From assembly GCF_026210795.1 (NCBI RefSeq), contig NC_089436.1:2604001-2668000 (forward strand): a DNA stretch of 64,000 bases. Reading direction: 5' to 3'. Source of the DNA: Rhizophagus irregularis (taxonomy: Eukaryota). Below, piece by piece: positions 12,801-26,711 of this stretch. Numbering within the stretch: the stretch's first letter is position 1; each line of letters opens with the position of its first letter. Under the pieces are notes generated by a model. It was not told the DNA's origin. It worked only from the letters and a program-made list of their open reading frames with translations, and made no database searches. Both the position numbers and the translations under genes were made by a program.

Positions 12801-13801
12801 ATTTAATATGAACAACATTAATCTAGCACCATAATCATCTTCACGAAAAGGTTTATATCCACTTGAAATTTGCCATAATAAAACTCCAATACTATATGCA
12901 TCAGATTTTTTATTTAATTTATATTTTTCTTGGGTATCGAAACTTTTTGGATCCACATAGGGTATTACACCAAATATTTTTGGCATGTCACTCGATTCTT
13001 CAAAATTTTTTTTTGATGAACCAAAGTCACACAGCTTTATCTTATTCCGATGTACAAGAATATTATTTGGATACTATAATTAAATAAAGGAAATCCATTT
13101 AGTACTAATTAGGATTTCTAAAATGATTAAAATAATTAATGAATCAACCATTACCAGATCACGATGAATAATATCAAATTCATGCAAACATGTCACTGCA
13201 CTGGTCAGTTGCAATGCTAATTGATATTTGTCATGCCAATCAAGTTCATTAAAATGGTTTTCTAAATAAGTTTTTAAAGTACCACTATCAGCATACTCCA
13301 AGACAAATGAATATTGTATTGGATGTATTGAATTTTCTAAACGTATATATATTTTTTTTTTTTAAAAAAAAAAAATTATGTCACTAAAAAAGGTAATTTA
13401 TGTTAATAATATAATATATTATATGATAAAGTATACCTGTTCTTTCCTTCGTAATGCCATAGAATCGTAAAATATTTTCATGAAAATCAACTCTTCTTTG
13501 TAATTTTATCTGCAATAGAATTAATATACATACACGGTATTATTGTTTATTACAAAATTTTATTATGGAAATATCAAGTTTATACCTCATTAATAAACCC
13601 CTTTAGCGTAGTTGGGTAATTATTATGGAAATGTTTTAAAGCAACAATATTACCAGTATTTTTATAATTAACACGATAAACGTTTGCAAAGGAACCTGAT
13701 CCTATAAACGTAAAATTTTTAAATTCCGAATAGTCGTAATAAATTAAATATTCGCTGGAAATTTTTTCTTCTAACCAATCTATATAAATATTATTTGACA
13801 T
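9814..13801 (-). CDS. Tandem triple tyrosine-kinase-like protein (kinase-pseudokinase-kinase), ~1002 aa, 12 exons
   Basis: Hand-spliced exons 13801-13586, 13509-13437, 13336-13155, 13073-12743, 12673-12084, 11997-11928, 11847-11666, 11576-11249, 11178-10795, 10723-10548, 10375-9946 and 9860-9814 give an open frame of 3009 nt. K1: GSGSFA/VALK/HRDL/DFG. K2: FALK/HQNL/DFG. K3: KGGFG/VVYK/HRDL/DFG. An extra last exon ending at 9607 is possible. Confidence 0.85.
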
Positions 13802-14208
13802 TTTGATGATTTTGAGTTTTAAGTAGTTTAAAGTTCAATAATTATTTGATCGGCGTAATTTCCGACATATAGTATTGATGTGATTGGATTTTGGAAGCTA
13901 TTGGAATCTTCCAATTCTTCCAATTCCAAGCCAATAAATTTTTATTGGAAGCCTCCAATGCACATCACTGCAGTATTGTATGGTACACTACTTTATCTCG
14001 CAACGATCATCGGAGATAGTCCTCCATTTTCCAAAATTATGGAAGGGGAAAAGTATTTTATTAAAGTTTCACGCCATGTTCATTCTTAATTTTAAAAATA
14101 TAAACGTTAAAAAAATGTTGGAATTTTTTCTTTTTTTGATAGTATACTACCATAATAATTTTGTTTAATATTATATTGCTATTATAATCGTTATCAAAAT
14201 ATTACCTT

Positions 14209-14317
14209 TTATCCGGTATCACGTGATTTTTTATAATTAAAAATGGTTATAATAAATTGTGTATCAGGGCAAAAATTCGTGTATCAGGCGATGTTCAAAT
14301 CACGGGATACCGGATAA
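14209..14317. mobile_element. ~109-bp MITE-like element with 21-bp terminal inverted repeats
   Basis: ttatccggtatcacgtgattt (14209-14229) vs aaatcacgggataccggataa (14297-14317), 20/21 complementary; internal direct repeat gtgtatcagg. Confidence 0.55.
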
Positions 14318-17254
14318 CTATTAATTATTCAATTATTATTATACAATAATATGTAATAATCGCATTATCGGGCTTTTTTCTACATCTTTATTCGGCATAG
14401 TATACTGTATACTCATATTCTTGTGTGTATTTTAAATATATTAATAAAAATGTTTACACCGGTCTGAAAAAAAAGAAAGAAAAGGAGTGACAGGTGATGA
14501 TGGTAATATTGTACGATAAACTACTAAGTTATAAATTAGTAGCAGTAGAATAAGTAACTATTTTCTACTGGAGTTTCATTTTTCCTTTGATGTTACATAT
14601 CATATTACTTCAAATGAATAGAAATATTGTGATTATTTGATAATGAACTATATTTTAGGATCTCTATAAAGAATATCTACAATGTGTAAATAACATCATG
14701 CTTCGGATGATAATCTATTCATATTTTTCTTTAATCACTATAAACAATGAAATAGAATTACTAGACAAGGAATCTTTATATAAAATATTTTTGGAAAAAT
14801 GAAAAATGAAATTCCGTTTTTGTATTAATGTAATCGAATATTGATAACTCTTCAAAACCATCCAAAATTTTTTATTATTAGATAATTCCACTTTTGATAA
14901 TAATGAAAGAAGATGATCCATGAATGTTACAACAATGATTCTGTTAATCTTATGAAACTTTATATTTATTTTTAGTTCAATTCAAACTTTTGAATTAAAC
15001 ACAAATATAATTAATTGGTTTCCTAATTTATTGTTACAATGTGTTAACTTATATAATAGATCTTTATTACATGGACTTAATAACTATATAATGTTAGTAT
15101 GCTATCTTATCATAAAAATAAGAAAGAATAGTCTCTAGATTAGATGTAAATTTGAATTACTCCTATTTGTTAGCAAAAATAAGAAATTTTAGTGGGACAG
15201 GTTTATTAACAAAAAATAAGTATAATGTATTAATTTCTGCAACAAAATTCCTTCTAATTAAAGAATTATTTAATATTAAAATTAGTAATTGTAATTTATA
15301 AATATAGTTTTTTAACTACCTTTTGGAACTAAGTCTAATATAATTTTCTTTAAATTGATAAATAATAGTTTATTAAAAGATAAAATTTCGTTTCATGAAT
15401 TTACTATGCACGTTGGATTTCATTTATTAATAAAATTCATAGTAATTTGCCCCGGTTCTTATACGGATTGCCAATTAATTTATGATTAAAAGATGAATTA
15501 AAAAATAAATAAAAGATGAATTTTAAAACAACAGATAAATTAGAATAACAAACAATGAGATATGTAACAATTATTAAATGATTATATTAAAAACTTAATT
15601 AGATTATGATTATAATAATGAAGTAACATATAAATTATCATTTTAATATTTTAGTTCTCCTATTTTATTTTATTTCTTTCTTTTTATGTGTAATAAATTT
15701 TACTAAAACACATTAATAAATTAAATATAAGTAAATTAAATACTGTCTTCAGTACATTATAGTTATAAAATAGATAACAATGATGTTGAAGTACATTATT
15801 AAAATTTGTTAATTTTAATAAAGTAAGAAGCTATAATATTTACTATACATACTGAACAGATGAATTACTTACTAACATTATATTAGTCCGAAAAATACTG
15901 GACAGGTTATTTATAGCATTTCATAAAGAATTTATCAGCAAAGACACTTATTCTTCTTGAGGAGCTGGTAATGTCCAATGCGTTAAAAATGTGAAAATAT
16001 TTTGATCACGATTAACTGATAAAAATATATATATATTTTTTCAATAACATTTTATTTTTTTTTACACCTTCCATAAGTTTTCGATCGTTCAACCATTTTA
16101 AAAATGACAATAATAAATAGCAAAACTCTTAATTGAATAAACTTCATATTTTCTGGCAATAATTTATGAAATATTTATAATTGTCTAATTCTTTTATTTC
16201 CTATCTGAAATAATTATAAACAAATTTATAATTTCGAACAAATTTAAGGAAAAAATATATTACAGAGTGTTCATTAAATCTCAACTAATAAATTCCTTTA
16301 AATCCTTAAAAATATTCCATTACGGTTGGAATTAGTAAATTCGAAATTATACAAAATATTTTCATAACAATTTATAATGTCGTTTGTTAACAAAATTTTA
16401 CCTACTGTACATAAATTTCCGTATTTGCTAAAGGAGGAAAATTTCCCCTTCTTTAAAAATGTCGGAATCCCATTTTATAGAATGAAATTTGTTTCAAAAT
16501 AAAATTTCTCTATTATCAATATAAGTTCAATGGATACAGCTGATATTAGACTGGATAAAGACAGTATAAAGACCTTATTTTATTAATTGCATAATACCGT
16601 GAGTATTTTATGCGATACTGCGATACGTGGCCAAAATTAACCTAATTCAACAAATAATTATTGGGATATACTCAAAAGGGTACCTACTATATAGGGTAAT
16701 GTTAAACGAAATTGAAGATGATGAATAAGAAACATCAAAAAAGTATGAAAATTTTTAACCCAATAATTTCTACAAGGAGATTCTGATGCTCAACAATGTT
16801 AAGCCTTCACTTTTTTTTAACAAGATAGTAGATCAAAAAGTTGCTGCGCATTTTAACTTGAAGTTATACTTTTAAAAAATAAATTCATGAATGTTAATTT
16901 ATATCTAGTTACTTTTTTAGTTAATTTTACTCGTTTATATAAATAAAAATCCAATGTAAGCGAGAAAACTAAGATAAATCAGACTCATTGTAATATAAAT
17001 TCGACTTATAAGATCTAATTCAAAAAATTTGTGATCTCAGATAACATAAATAAAGCTTGGTTACATACCAAATAAAGTAAATTAAATTATTAAATTACTA
17101 AATTACGTGAAATAATCCTAAGATAGTGACTAAAATTATCACGTGATTGTACGTTAAGTTAATCATGTGATTAATAAATCTTTGTAATATATTCAAAAAA
17201 AAAAAATTTTTTTAAAAAAATAGGTCCTCATTTTTTCTTGACTCATCGAAAAAA

Positions 17255-18012
17255 ATGGTACGTATTTGTGAAAATTAATTTATAATATGAATTAAAAGAT
17301 CAGTATAAGAATTATGAATAAGATGGATATTTAGTTCAATGAATAAAATAATTTTATTTTTATGAACAAATTCATTTATACTTTGTGAAATTCACAAAAA
17401 AAAAAATATTATTAGATTTATATTTAAAAAAAAAATTGATCTATTATGATTTTATTTACAAACGATAATTTCTAATAATTATTTATAATTTATATTTATT
17501 AGGTGAAGAAAGAGGCAGCTAAAAGCACTAGTGGTGGTAAAAACAAGAAAAAGGTATAATTCAACTCAAAATAATTTTTTCATATTTAAATCATTTTAAT
17601 AATACAATTTTTTTTTTACTACTTTTTTTTTTTAGAAATGGTCTAAAGGAAAAGTCAAGGATAAGGCGAATAATGCCGTAGTTCTTGACAAAGCCACATA
17701 TGATAAATTATTCAAAGAAGTTCCAACTTATAAATTGATCACTCCTTCTGTATTGGTTGATCGACTTCGTGTTAATGGTTCTTTAGCTAGAGTTGCTATA
17801 CGTGAGTTAGAAGAAAAAGGTTTAATTCGCAAGATATCCACTCATGGTTCACAACTCATTTACAGTACGTTTTATTTTATTTTATTTATTTACTTATTTT
17901 TATATTCAATTTTTTTACGTTACTGATGCGTTACTCATCCCTTTTTTTTACAAAAAAAAATTTTATAGCTCGTGCTACTGCTACAGCTGCAATGGACAAG
18001 CCCGAGTCATAA
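17255..18012 (+). CDS. RPS25: 40S ribosomal protein S25 (eS25)
   Basis: ATG-only first exon, then VKKEAAK...KKK / [52 protein letters not shown]... / TRAT...; canonical GT-AG introns. Confidence 0.97.
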
Positions 18013-18260
18013 TATTTTAATGTCAATATATTCAAATTCGTTTTATTTTTTTCTTTTATATTTTTATTGTTTTTTTTTCTTTTTAAGAAACAATGAAATT
18101 AATTTCATTTAAAGAAATGTATCGGTTTCATAGTTTATCCTTAAAATAAAATAAAACTTTATTGCAAATTTGTAAAATTTAGTAAAAAGAATTTTTTATT
18201 AAATGATGTGTGATTTTATTATTTTAAAATAAATTATTTTACATCATATGATATAATTTT

Positions 18261-21200
18261 TTATATATTTGGTTTTTGACTACGTCTTTTAATATTTCTC
18301 CTTATTTTTTGAGCCGCATTTCCAACTCCTCCTCCTGATTCAATACTCATGTAAGGAGCTCTTTTCCATTGAACACCATGTACTCCTAATGAGCTATTTT
18401 TGGTATGGTCTAACATAAGCCATACTGGAAGTTCTAATGTTCCTTTGACTATAGTATTGGTTTTAAAAAGAACTGATGAAGGTAATGGCGTGAGGATATG
18501 AAATGTATGAGATGTTGGATCAATGGATCTTATTATGGCTAATCCCAAACAAGTATATTCAGTTGGTGAAGGTGGTGAAAAATCTGGACAAGGGAAATAA
18601 TTCGGAATCTGTTTATAATAAATGAAAGATATATATAATTAATAAGTTTACAATAATTAATGAATTTAAAAGTTTAACATACAATACGTGATTCCTGTTC
18701 TTTTGATTCACTCATTTCTACGTCAACTTGTTCACTTTTATACGAATTATCAATATCGCCAATTAATCCAACAATTGAACCATTTAACGCGTATAAGAGT
18801 TGACTTAAAGGCACTTCTCCAGTTAGCATAAAAATACCCTTGGTCAATCCTTTCCTCCAATCTAAACACCATGGAACCCGACGAACCAATGGTTGATCAA
18901 AAGCCCACCATTTCACATTTTCTTGTTTTACTGTCATGGCACTTGTTGAATAGAAATATGAAAATAATGATAATACTCGACGATCAGATGCTGAATACTT
19001 AGAAGGTCCAGGGGTATCTATCATCTCAACAAAAGAGACTTTGGGTGGTTCTTGGTCATTAGGAGATACAACATATTCAGGGAGTGGTGGAAGGTTTTTA
19101 TTCGTGATTGTTGCAGAATAAAACTGAAAAATATGTGATGGCTTAGCAGAACTAATAATATGAAGATATAAGTCATAACCCATGCCTATATGTGTATATT
19201 TTATTTTAATGGTTAGTAATACATTTAGATTATATAAATGGATTTTATAGTAATTCTTGTGAATTCACCTTTGCTCCATCCATGGGTATTAATAATTAAA
19301 GGAATGCGTATTTGTTCGTCTCCATACATTCCATATTCTGGTCCACAAGCAATGTCACGACGATACACTGTAATTAATTCGCGTAAACAATCCAAATAAT
19401 AGTCCGGATCATCACGTGGAGAATTATGTCCAATGAAATATGATCTATAAGGTTGTTGTATATGCGTAAATGGAGGACCTGCAAAACGATATTAAGTCAA
19501 TTAAAGAGATCAAACAGTTTTGTTGATATAGTCAACTTACCAAAAATAGGAGAATCTAATATATTAAGTGACACTAATCCACAAGGAGTGAATTCGGATT
19601 GTCCAACATCGCTTTCAATATAAGCGACCTTGGGGCATCTTAAAAATAAAAGATGTTAAATTATTAAGTCATCATTTTCATCATCTTTTTTTATGAAAAA
19701 ATAAATGAACGTACATATTCAACATGCTATTAACCAAATATCTAGAAAATGTTGATTTTCCCACATTTTTATGTCCACTGATTATTGAAATAGGCGGCAA
19801 AGCTATTAGTAAATAACTGAAATGTAAGTAAGATATAGGTATAAATAAATAAATATAAAATATATAATAATGATATTACTGAAGTCCAAAATATCAGTTA
19901 CAAGCTGATTTGTTGAATTCTCCCAGGAATGGGGGATTTTGAATGCTGTCATTCCTGGAGCTACTTCAAAAATCTGCCAATATGTAAAATTTGATTTAGA
20001 ATTCGAAATTCTTTATATATATATATATATATACTTATACTTACTGGATAAAATCCTTTGATATTAAAAAAATCGTCTTTCGATTGTTTGATCTCATTAT
20101 CTTTTTTTTCATTATTATTCGCAAAGTTACTGGAAAATATATTATTGTAACATGATGCAACGTTTTCCACGTCTTGAATACCACACCATGAAATATCTAG
20201 TAAAGCAAGAATTGTATCATATCCTCCTTTAGACAAGTCTATATTTGATAAAAGCTTGTTGATTATCGATTTTGTTTTTGAACAAGCTATTATTCCGGGA
20301 TGTGAAATTTTATGTGTCATCTTTTGTTTTTCCACTGATTCTATTGCTAATAGTGAATGCGTTTTTGGAGAAAATACTGGATGGAATATAAGGCTAGAAT
20401 TTAAATCGATTTGTAAACTTTCTGACACATCCTCAGATGAAACGCCACATAATCTATAACCCATAATAACAGCTTCTCCATAAATAGATGCAACAAGAAC
20501 ATTCCCTCGAAAACTTATCGACTACGAATCATGTATAATATTATTAAGTAGTATTTTAAAAGAAAAGCTAATAAATATAATAATTTATTTTATTTTACCT
20601 CGCCACGTTTCATAGCAACCAAACATAAATCAAAGTTATCATCTTTTTCTTCATAACAAACGACGTTCGAAGATGAAGGATTAAAACGAGAAACAACGAA
20701 AGAATCAAGGATCTCACTTTTTTCGTTCTTTTTAAGTGTTTGAGATTCATAAACCCTTTCATTTAAATCCCCTAAAGATCCATACTTTTCTTCATTATCA
20801 GTAATCATTCCGATATCTTCACTGTCATTTTCAAAATCTGAGAGTACCTCAACATCTATTTTTCCACGCATAGATAATGCGCTAACAGGGGAACTTTCTC
20901 GTGATGATAATTCACGATTTTTTGACGTAGTTATCATCCTATCAAAACAAAAAGTTATGATACGACATTTTTTAAAAAAGGATCAATTTTAAAAAAGAAC
21001 AAACAATCACTAAATGAATGTAGTTCAAAAATAATTCAAATATAAATTTACCCATTTTCATTATCATTTATTGATATATCTACCGTTTTTTGATCAATTA
21101 CATTAAAATTCTTATTATTTTCGCTTTTTGCTTTATTATTTTCTTTTTTTTAAAAAAAATAATTTTTATTTTAAAATTATTAATTATTAGGAAAAATATA

Positions 21201-21365
21201 TATATACAGAGTCATATCAATAGTTTTTTTTTAACTTTACGTAATTTTTTTTTTGTAAAAAAGAGAATTTATTTTTATCTCACACCTTACTAATTAATCT
21301 ATATTTAAAAATAGCACACCTACAAATTCAGCCGTAGTCTTTTGTTTCTTTCTTCTACGACCCAT
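18261..21365 (-). CDS. GRC3: Polynucleotide 5'-hydroxyl kinase (Grc3/Nol9, Clp1 family)
   Basis: Multi-exon. P-loop GHKNVGKSTFSRYLVN, ESDVGQSEFTPCG, PLIINTHGWSKG, and C-terminal GLAIIRSID...TPLP. Start MGRRRKKQ at 21365 inferred. Confidence 0.9.
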
Positions 21366-21546
21366 AATTCTAGCCTCGAAACTAAAGAGATTTTTTTTTT
21401 TTTTTTTTACTAAGTTATATATTATTTTGGAACCAAGCCACAAATGACGTAATTGATTGACAGCGGTTATTATTTAATTCGAACAACTTTTCAAAGTTTT
21501 TGATAATATTCAATCACCTTTCAATCACCTTGAACACTACGACAAA

Positions 21547-23121
21547 ATGCCTCCAAAGAAAAATCAACCATCTGACAAAACGAAACAAAAGGAGAAGCAA
21601 AAGATCATTGAGGATAAGACTTTTGGTTTGAAGAATAAGAAAAAGTCTGTAAAAGTCCAACAACAGATCAAACAAATTCAAAGTCAAGTGATGTCAGCTG
21701 GTAATCGGAAAACTATGGTATAGTTGATCGTACTTTTTTTTTCCTCTCTTTTATTTTTAAAAAATTATACCTTGAAATTAATTGTTTAATATTTCATTAG
21801 AAAGAAAAAGAAACTGAAAAACAGACTATCGCTAATAAAAAACTTGCTGAACAAAAAAAGAAAGAAGAACTTAATGAATTATTTAAACCAGTTCAAGTAC
21901 AACAAAAAGTACCATTTGGGGTCGATCCTAAGACGGTGTTATGTCAATTCTTTAAATCTGGACAATGTCAAAAGGGAGATAAATGTAAATTTTCTCATGA
22001 TTTGAATGTTGAAAGGAAAAGTGCGAAAATTGATTTATATACTGATTCAAGAAATGAGGAAGATGATAAGAAAACTGGTAAATAAATAATTAAATAATTA
22101 TTTAAATTTATTTCTTCTATAATTTGTTGTGTAAAAAACTTATTAATTGGTTAATATAGATACCATGGATAAATGGGATCAAGAGAAACTTGAACAAGTC
22201 GTCAAATCAAAACAGGGCAATCCTAAAACTACAACGGATATTGTATGTAAATTCTTTTTAGAAGCTATTGAAAATCAAAAGTATGGTTGGTTCTGGGAAT
22301 GTCCAAATGGAGGTGAGATGATTCTTAATTTGTTCGTATTAGTTTATTTTTTCAAATTCTATAGATTTGCTTTTTCACTTTAATTTATATAATAATTTGA
22401 ACTTATTAATTAAACAAAATTTATTAGGCAAGAATTGCAAGTATAGACATGCACTCCCACCTGGTTTTGTGCTGAAAAGCAAAGCTCAAAAGAAAGCAGA
22501 AGCGGAAGAGGAAGATCAAATTACTATTGAAGAGTTCTTAGAAACAGAGGTAATACATCCTGCAAAGTGTTATCCCTTGTGTTGATAAAACGTATTATTT
22601 AGTTACTGATGATTTTATAAACTTTCAAGCGTCATAAATTAGGATCGAACCTCACACCAGTTACCCTTGAAACTTTTACTGAATGGAAAAAGAGTCGCAA
22701 GGCAAAACTGGAAGCTGAAGAAGAACTTAAAAGATCCGCTAAAGAAGCAGCTTTCAAAGCTGGTAAAGCTCAAGGCATGTCTGGTCGTGATCTCTTCACG
22801 TTCAATCCTGATCTTGTAGAAGATTATGATGATGATGATGATGATATTTTCGATTTATCTGGTTATAAACAAGAAGTAGAACAAGAGGAGGAAGAAAATT
22901 CTGAACAAGCTCTTTATGAACAAACAGATGAAGTAAATAAAGAAAATATTGAGGAAAATCCTTATGAGGAAGGTAGTAGTAGTAGTACCAGTAATAATAA
23001 AACAGAAAACACGACGACAACTCTTATCACTGAAGATGGGTTAGAAGTTAAAGAGGATTTGTTTGCGGCAGAAGAATTGGATGACTTAGACGATGACGAC
23101 GATGAAGATGAAGAAGAATGA
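21547..23121 (+). CDS. TMA46: Translation machinery-associated CCCH zinc-finger protein (Tma46/ZC3H15/DFRP1)
   Basis: MPPKK...[74 protein letters not shown]; acidic tail. Confidence 0.95.
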
Positions 23122-24140
23122 ATTGTAGATGTAAAGTCAAATTTCATTATTAGGTTATTATTGAATCATCATGATAAACAAATAATGGGACAAAACATTT
23201 TTCTTCAAAATTATGCATTTGACATAACAGCAGAAGTTATTTTTGTTTATCAAATATTTTATTATAAAAAATATAGAACTAATGGATTCTTTAACTTTAT
23301 TAAAGTTAAAAAATGTATCCGTAACTATTTAATTGGAAAATGTATTTTTAACGTTAAGAAAATTAATATAAATTAGTATATCCGATTTGTTTTTGTTGAA
23401 TAAACTCTTATGATAACATATCTGTCATTTATCCGGATAGTTGCAAGAATCTGTAGAAATATACGCATTTTTCTGATACCAATTCTTTGTCAGTGACACC
23501 CCATTGAATGTTAAGATTTAAGATAATATCAATAGATTTTGTGTAATTAGTAGATGTAGACGTCTAACAAGAGTTTTTTTTTAGCAACCATCAATCTATA
23601 CTCAGCCACTAATAATGCGAATTAACCAAAATTTTTTTGTAATATTATTAAAAAAATTTTTAGATACTTTAAATAAAAAGTTAGACTGATAATTTATTTA
23701 GACAGTTAATATTGATTTTCGCGTAAAAATATTTTCCTTTCATAAAATAAACTTTTTATTTAAATAATGTAAACATGTAGTGATGTAGATCATGAAGTCA
23801 TGTAGACAAAACAAAAAAAAAAGATTTAAAATTTAAAAACAGGTCAATTTGACAGTAATAAAGGCAGTTACTGTATATATCCCATGATTTAATAAAATCC
23901 TGAGTTATGATTGGTTAATCGTAATGTCACGTGATGAACACCTTATCAGTTACAAGTATTAAATCAGGAGCCGTTCCGTCCTTTCGTTTCTCAGACGGAA
24001 TATATCATTATAAAGTATAAACTCCCTTTTATCAATATTGTTAATTATCGTGAAAGAATAGTCAATAACCCTAAGAATAACTATTACCTTTGCTAATATA
24101 TTCACAAATCACCACTTTATTACTCTTTATTTCTATTTGA

Positions 24141-26165
24141 ATGAGTAGCCGTAAACAGCCGAATGGAGAGATAAGGCCACAAGAGTAACCGGTAAGTTTA
24201 GTTACTTTATATAGTCCGGCTTGTCTATCAGACTTAAAAGCAAACCTATCTTTTTATGTTTTATAAATATGTGAACTTATAATTTTTAATTTTCTTTTTT
24301 CTTAATAAGCTTATTTAAATATATCTTCACGTCGTTTTCAGAACGCTTTGTACCAATTTACTGACAGTTGGGATAGTCTAGCTCGGGATATTCGTGAAAT
24401 TCATAAAAGAAATGCGTCGATCCTAGGTTTTGAAGGACTTTATCGTGATGCATTTAATATGGTGCATCATAAAAATGGAGATAAATTATATAATAGTGTA
24501 AGAGAAATTATTAAGTAAGAAGTTGCTGTCTCACAAGTAGTGCCGGCATTCCCTCTTTCAGGTGCAAGTAGTTCACAAACAAACCCTAATGGAGCTGATG
24601 GGGCAAATTTCTTGAAAGTTTTAAAACCTGTTTGGGAGGATCATACTACATGTATGCTTATGATTAGAGATATTTTAGTGTATATGGTAAATTAATGATT
24701 TCAAGTAAAGTTTTGTAATTATTTCTTTTACGTAAATTATTTTGTGCGAGGAAAATTTTTTCCTGTTATAGGCTACATCTAATATTTACACTATAACTAT
24801 AACTAAAGGATCGGGTTTACACAAGAAATGCGAACGTTCCTCGTGTTTATGATCTCGGATTGGATCTATTTAGAGACATAATCGTCCGATCACCGAATTA
24901 TCCAATTCAGACTCATCTTCTTGAAGCACTTTTACAGCAAATTAAGCTTGAACGAGAGAATGAAATTATAGATCGTACTAATGTGAAAGCAGTAATTGAC
25001 ATGTTACTGGAATTAACTGACGCGTCGACCAAAGATACAATTTATGCAATTGATTTCGAAAATAAGTTCTTAGAAGCAAGTTCGGAATACTATAGAGTTG
25101 AGGGAGTAGGAGAATATGATACTTCAGAATACATGAAAGAGGTTAGAAATACATACATACATACATACATGCATGCATACATACATACATACTTATAATC
25201 TCATCTTTTAGGTAGATAAGCGACTGAATAAAGAAGAGCAGCGTATAGTCATTATCTTTCACCGACTACAGAACCAAAGATTCGTAATATTGTAGAAAAG
25301 GAGTTAATTTCAAAACATTTTAAGACAGTGATTGAGGTGCGCTTTATAGTATAAAAATTTTTTGGTTTTATATATTACATGAAATGAATTATTATTTTTT
25401 TTTATTCCAGAAAAGTTTAATTCCTATGCTAAGAAACGAAAAAATGGATGGTAAGTTTCTTGTATTTATCGTTCAATGATTATTATATTTTTGTAATGTT
25501 ATTTATTTAATTTAGATCTTGGAAGAATGTATAAATTATTCGGGCGAGTTGTAAAAGGTCATGATGAAATGAAATCTGCTATTAGTGATTATATACGTGA
25601 ACTTGGTAAAGCGATTAATGAAACAGTAACAAGTAATACAACTGCCGAAGGTGGTAATGCTGCGTCTGGTGATAAACAAACCGAAGTTACTGTTGCTTTA
25701 AGATGGGTACAGGAGGTTCTAGACCTTAAAGACAAATTCGATAAAGTTCAGAATTTAGTTTTATCTAATAATAAAACATTTCAAACATCTTTTAATGAGG
25801 TTTGTCAGTACAAATGTTTTATGTTTTATATTTATATTTCTCAAGATGATTATCTTTTTTATTAATGCTTATAAATTTTTTTTAAAAGGCTTTTGAATAT
25901 TTCATTGATAAGAATCCAAAATCATCCGAGTTTATAACATTGTTTCTTTATGATCATTATACAAAAGGATTAAAGAGGGTTAGTTAACGTAATATTTATT
26001 TTCGTTAAATAACGTTCATCTTAAGTAATTACCAATTTTAAAATTTTAGGAAGAAAATGATAGTGTATTGAATAAAGCTATTACATTGTTCCGCTTTATT
26101 GTCAGATCGAGAGCTTACCACAAAACTAGATGAGATGTCAATAATGCGAGAATATCATCTAATAC
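24141..26165 (+). pseudogene. CUL3: Cullin-3 pseudogene (copy 1)
   Basis: Paralog of 34229-37848 with a frameshift/stop in exon 1 (CAA GAG TAA), a deletion with stop in exon 2 (AAG TAA), a 1-nt deletion in exon 4, and a truncated, internally deleted 3' end. Confidence 0.9.
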
Positions 26166-26711
26166 TCTCCTTAAAAGTTATGAATATTAAGTTTTTTCTA
26201 TTGTAGTTTAATATATGTAAATATAAAAATAAAAGTTTACAGATTCTAGAGGAATTTGTTATGTGTTATAAAAACCAATAATATATTTATCTTTACCTCT
26301 GCTTTTTTTACTTTTATCTCTACCCATACCTTTCCCTTTCACTATATTTTTTTTTATCTAGCTACTCTACCTTTACATTATACTACATTTTTATAATATA
26401 TTTTTTTAAGGATGTTAATCATGTTATTACTTGGCGACCATATCACGTGATTTAATGAAATTTTTCTATTGATGTATACGAAATTTATGGTTCTTTAATT
26501 CTGGCCAAAATTAATGTGATCTTTGGCAAAATTACATGTCAAATTATTAATGATATTAACGGACCAATTAAAAATTTTGTTTAATCGCTTGGTCAGAAAT
26601 AAAAAACTACGTCATACGCGTGCGATCTTTTTTAAGACAGAAATAATCCTATAATCTTTACTGACTTTTCTCTAAACTGATTTTTGGTAACAAAAACTGA
26701 AAACAAAAACT

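Noticed and set aside
14715..16860. Possible decayed coding or transposon fragments (ORF 14715-14921; 16640-16860; lone tacagagtgttca TIR-like end at ~16261)
   Set aside because: No family recognisable and no partner TIR found.
17258..17502. Long first intron of RPS25 as a snoRNA host
   Set aside because: No C/D box pair or convincing H/ACA hairpins.
22802..23147. Antisense ORFs over TMA46 (and similar ones over DRS1, NEDD1, the MPN-like gene and SWD2)
   Set aside because: Shadow frames of low-complexity acidic or Asn-rich coding sequence.
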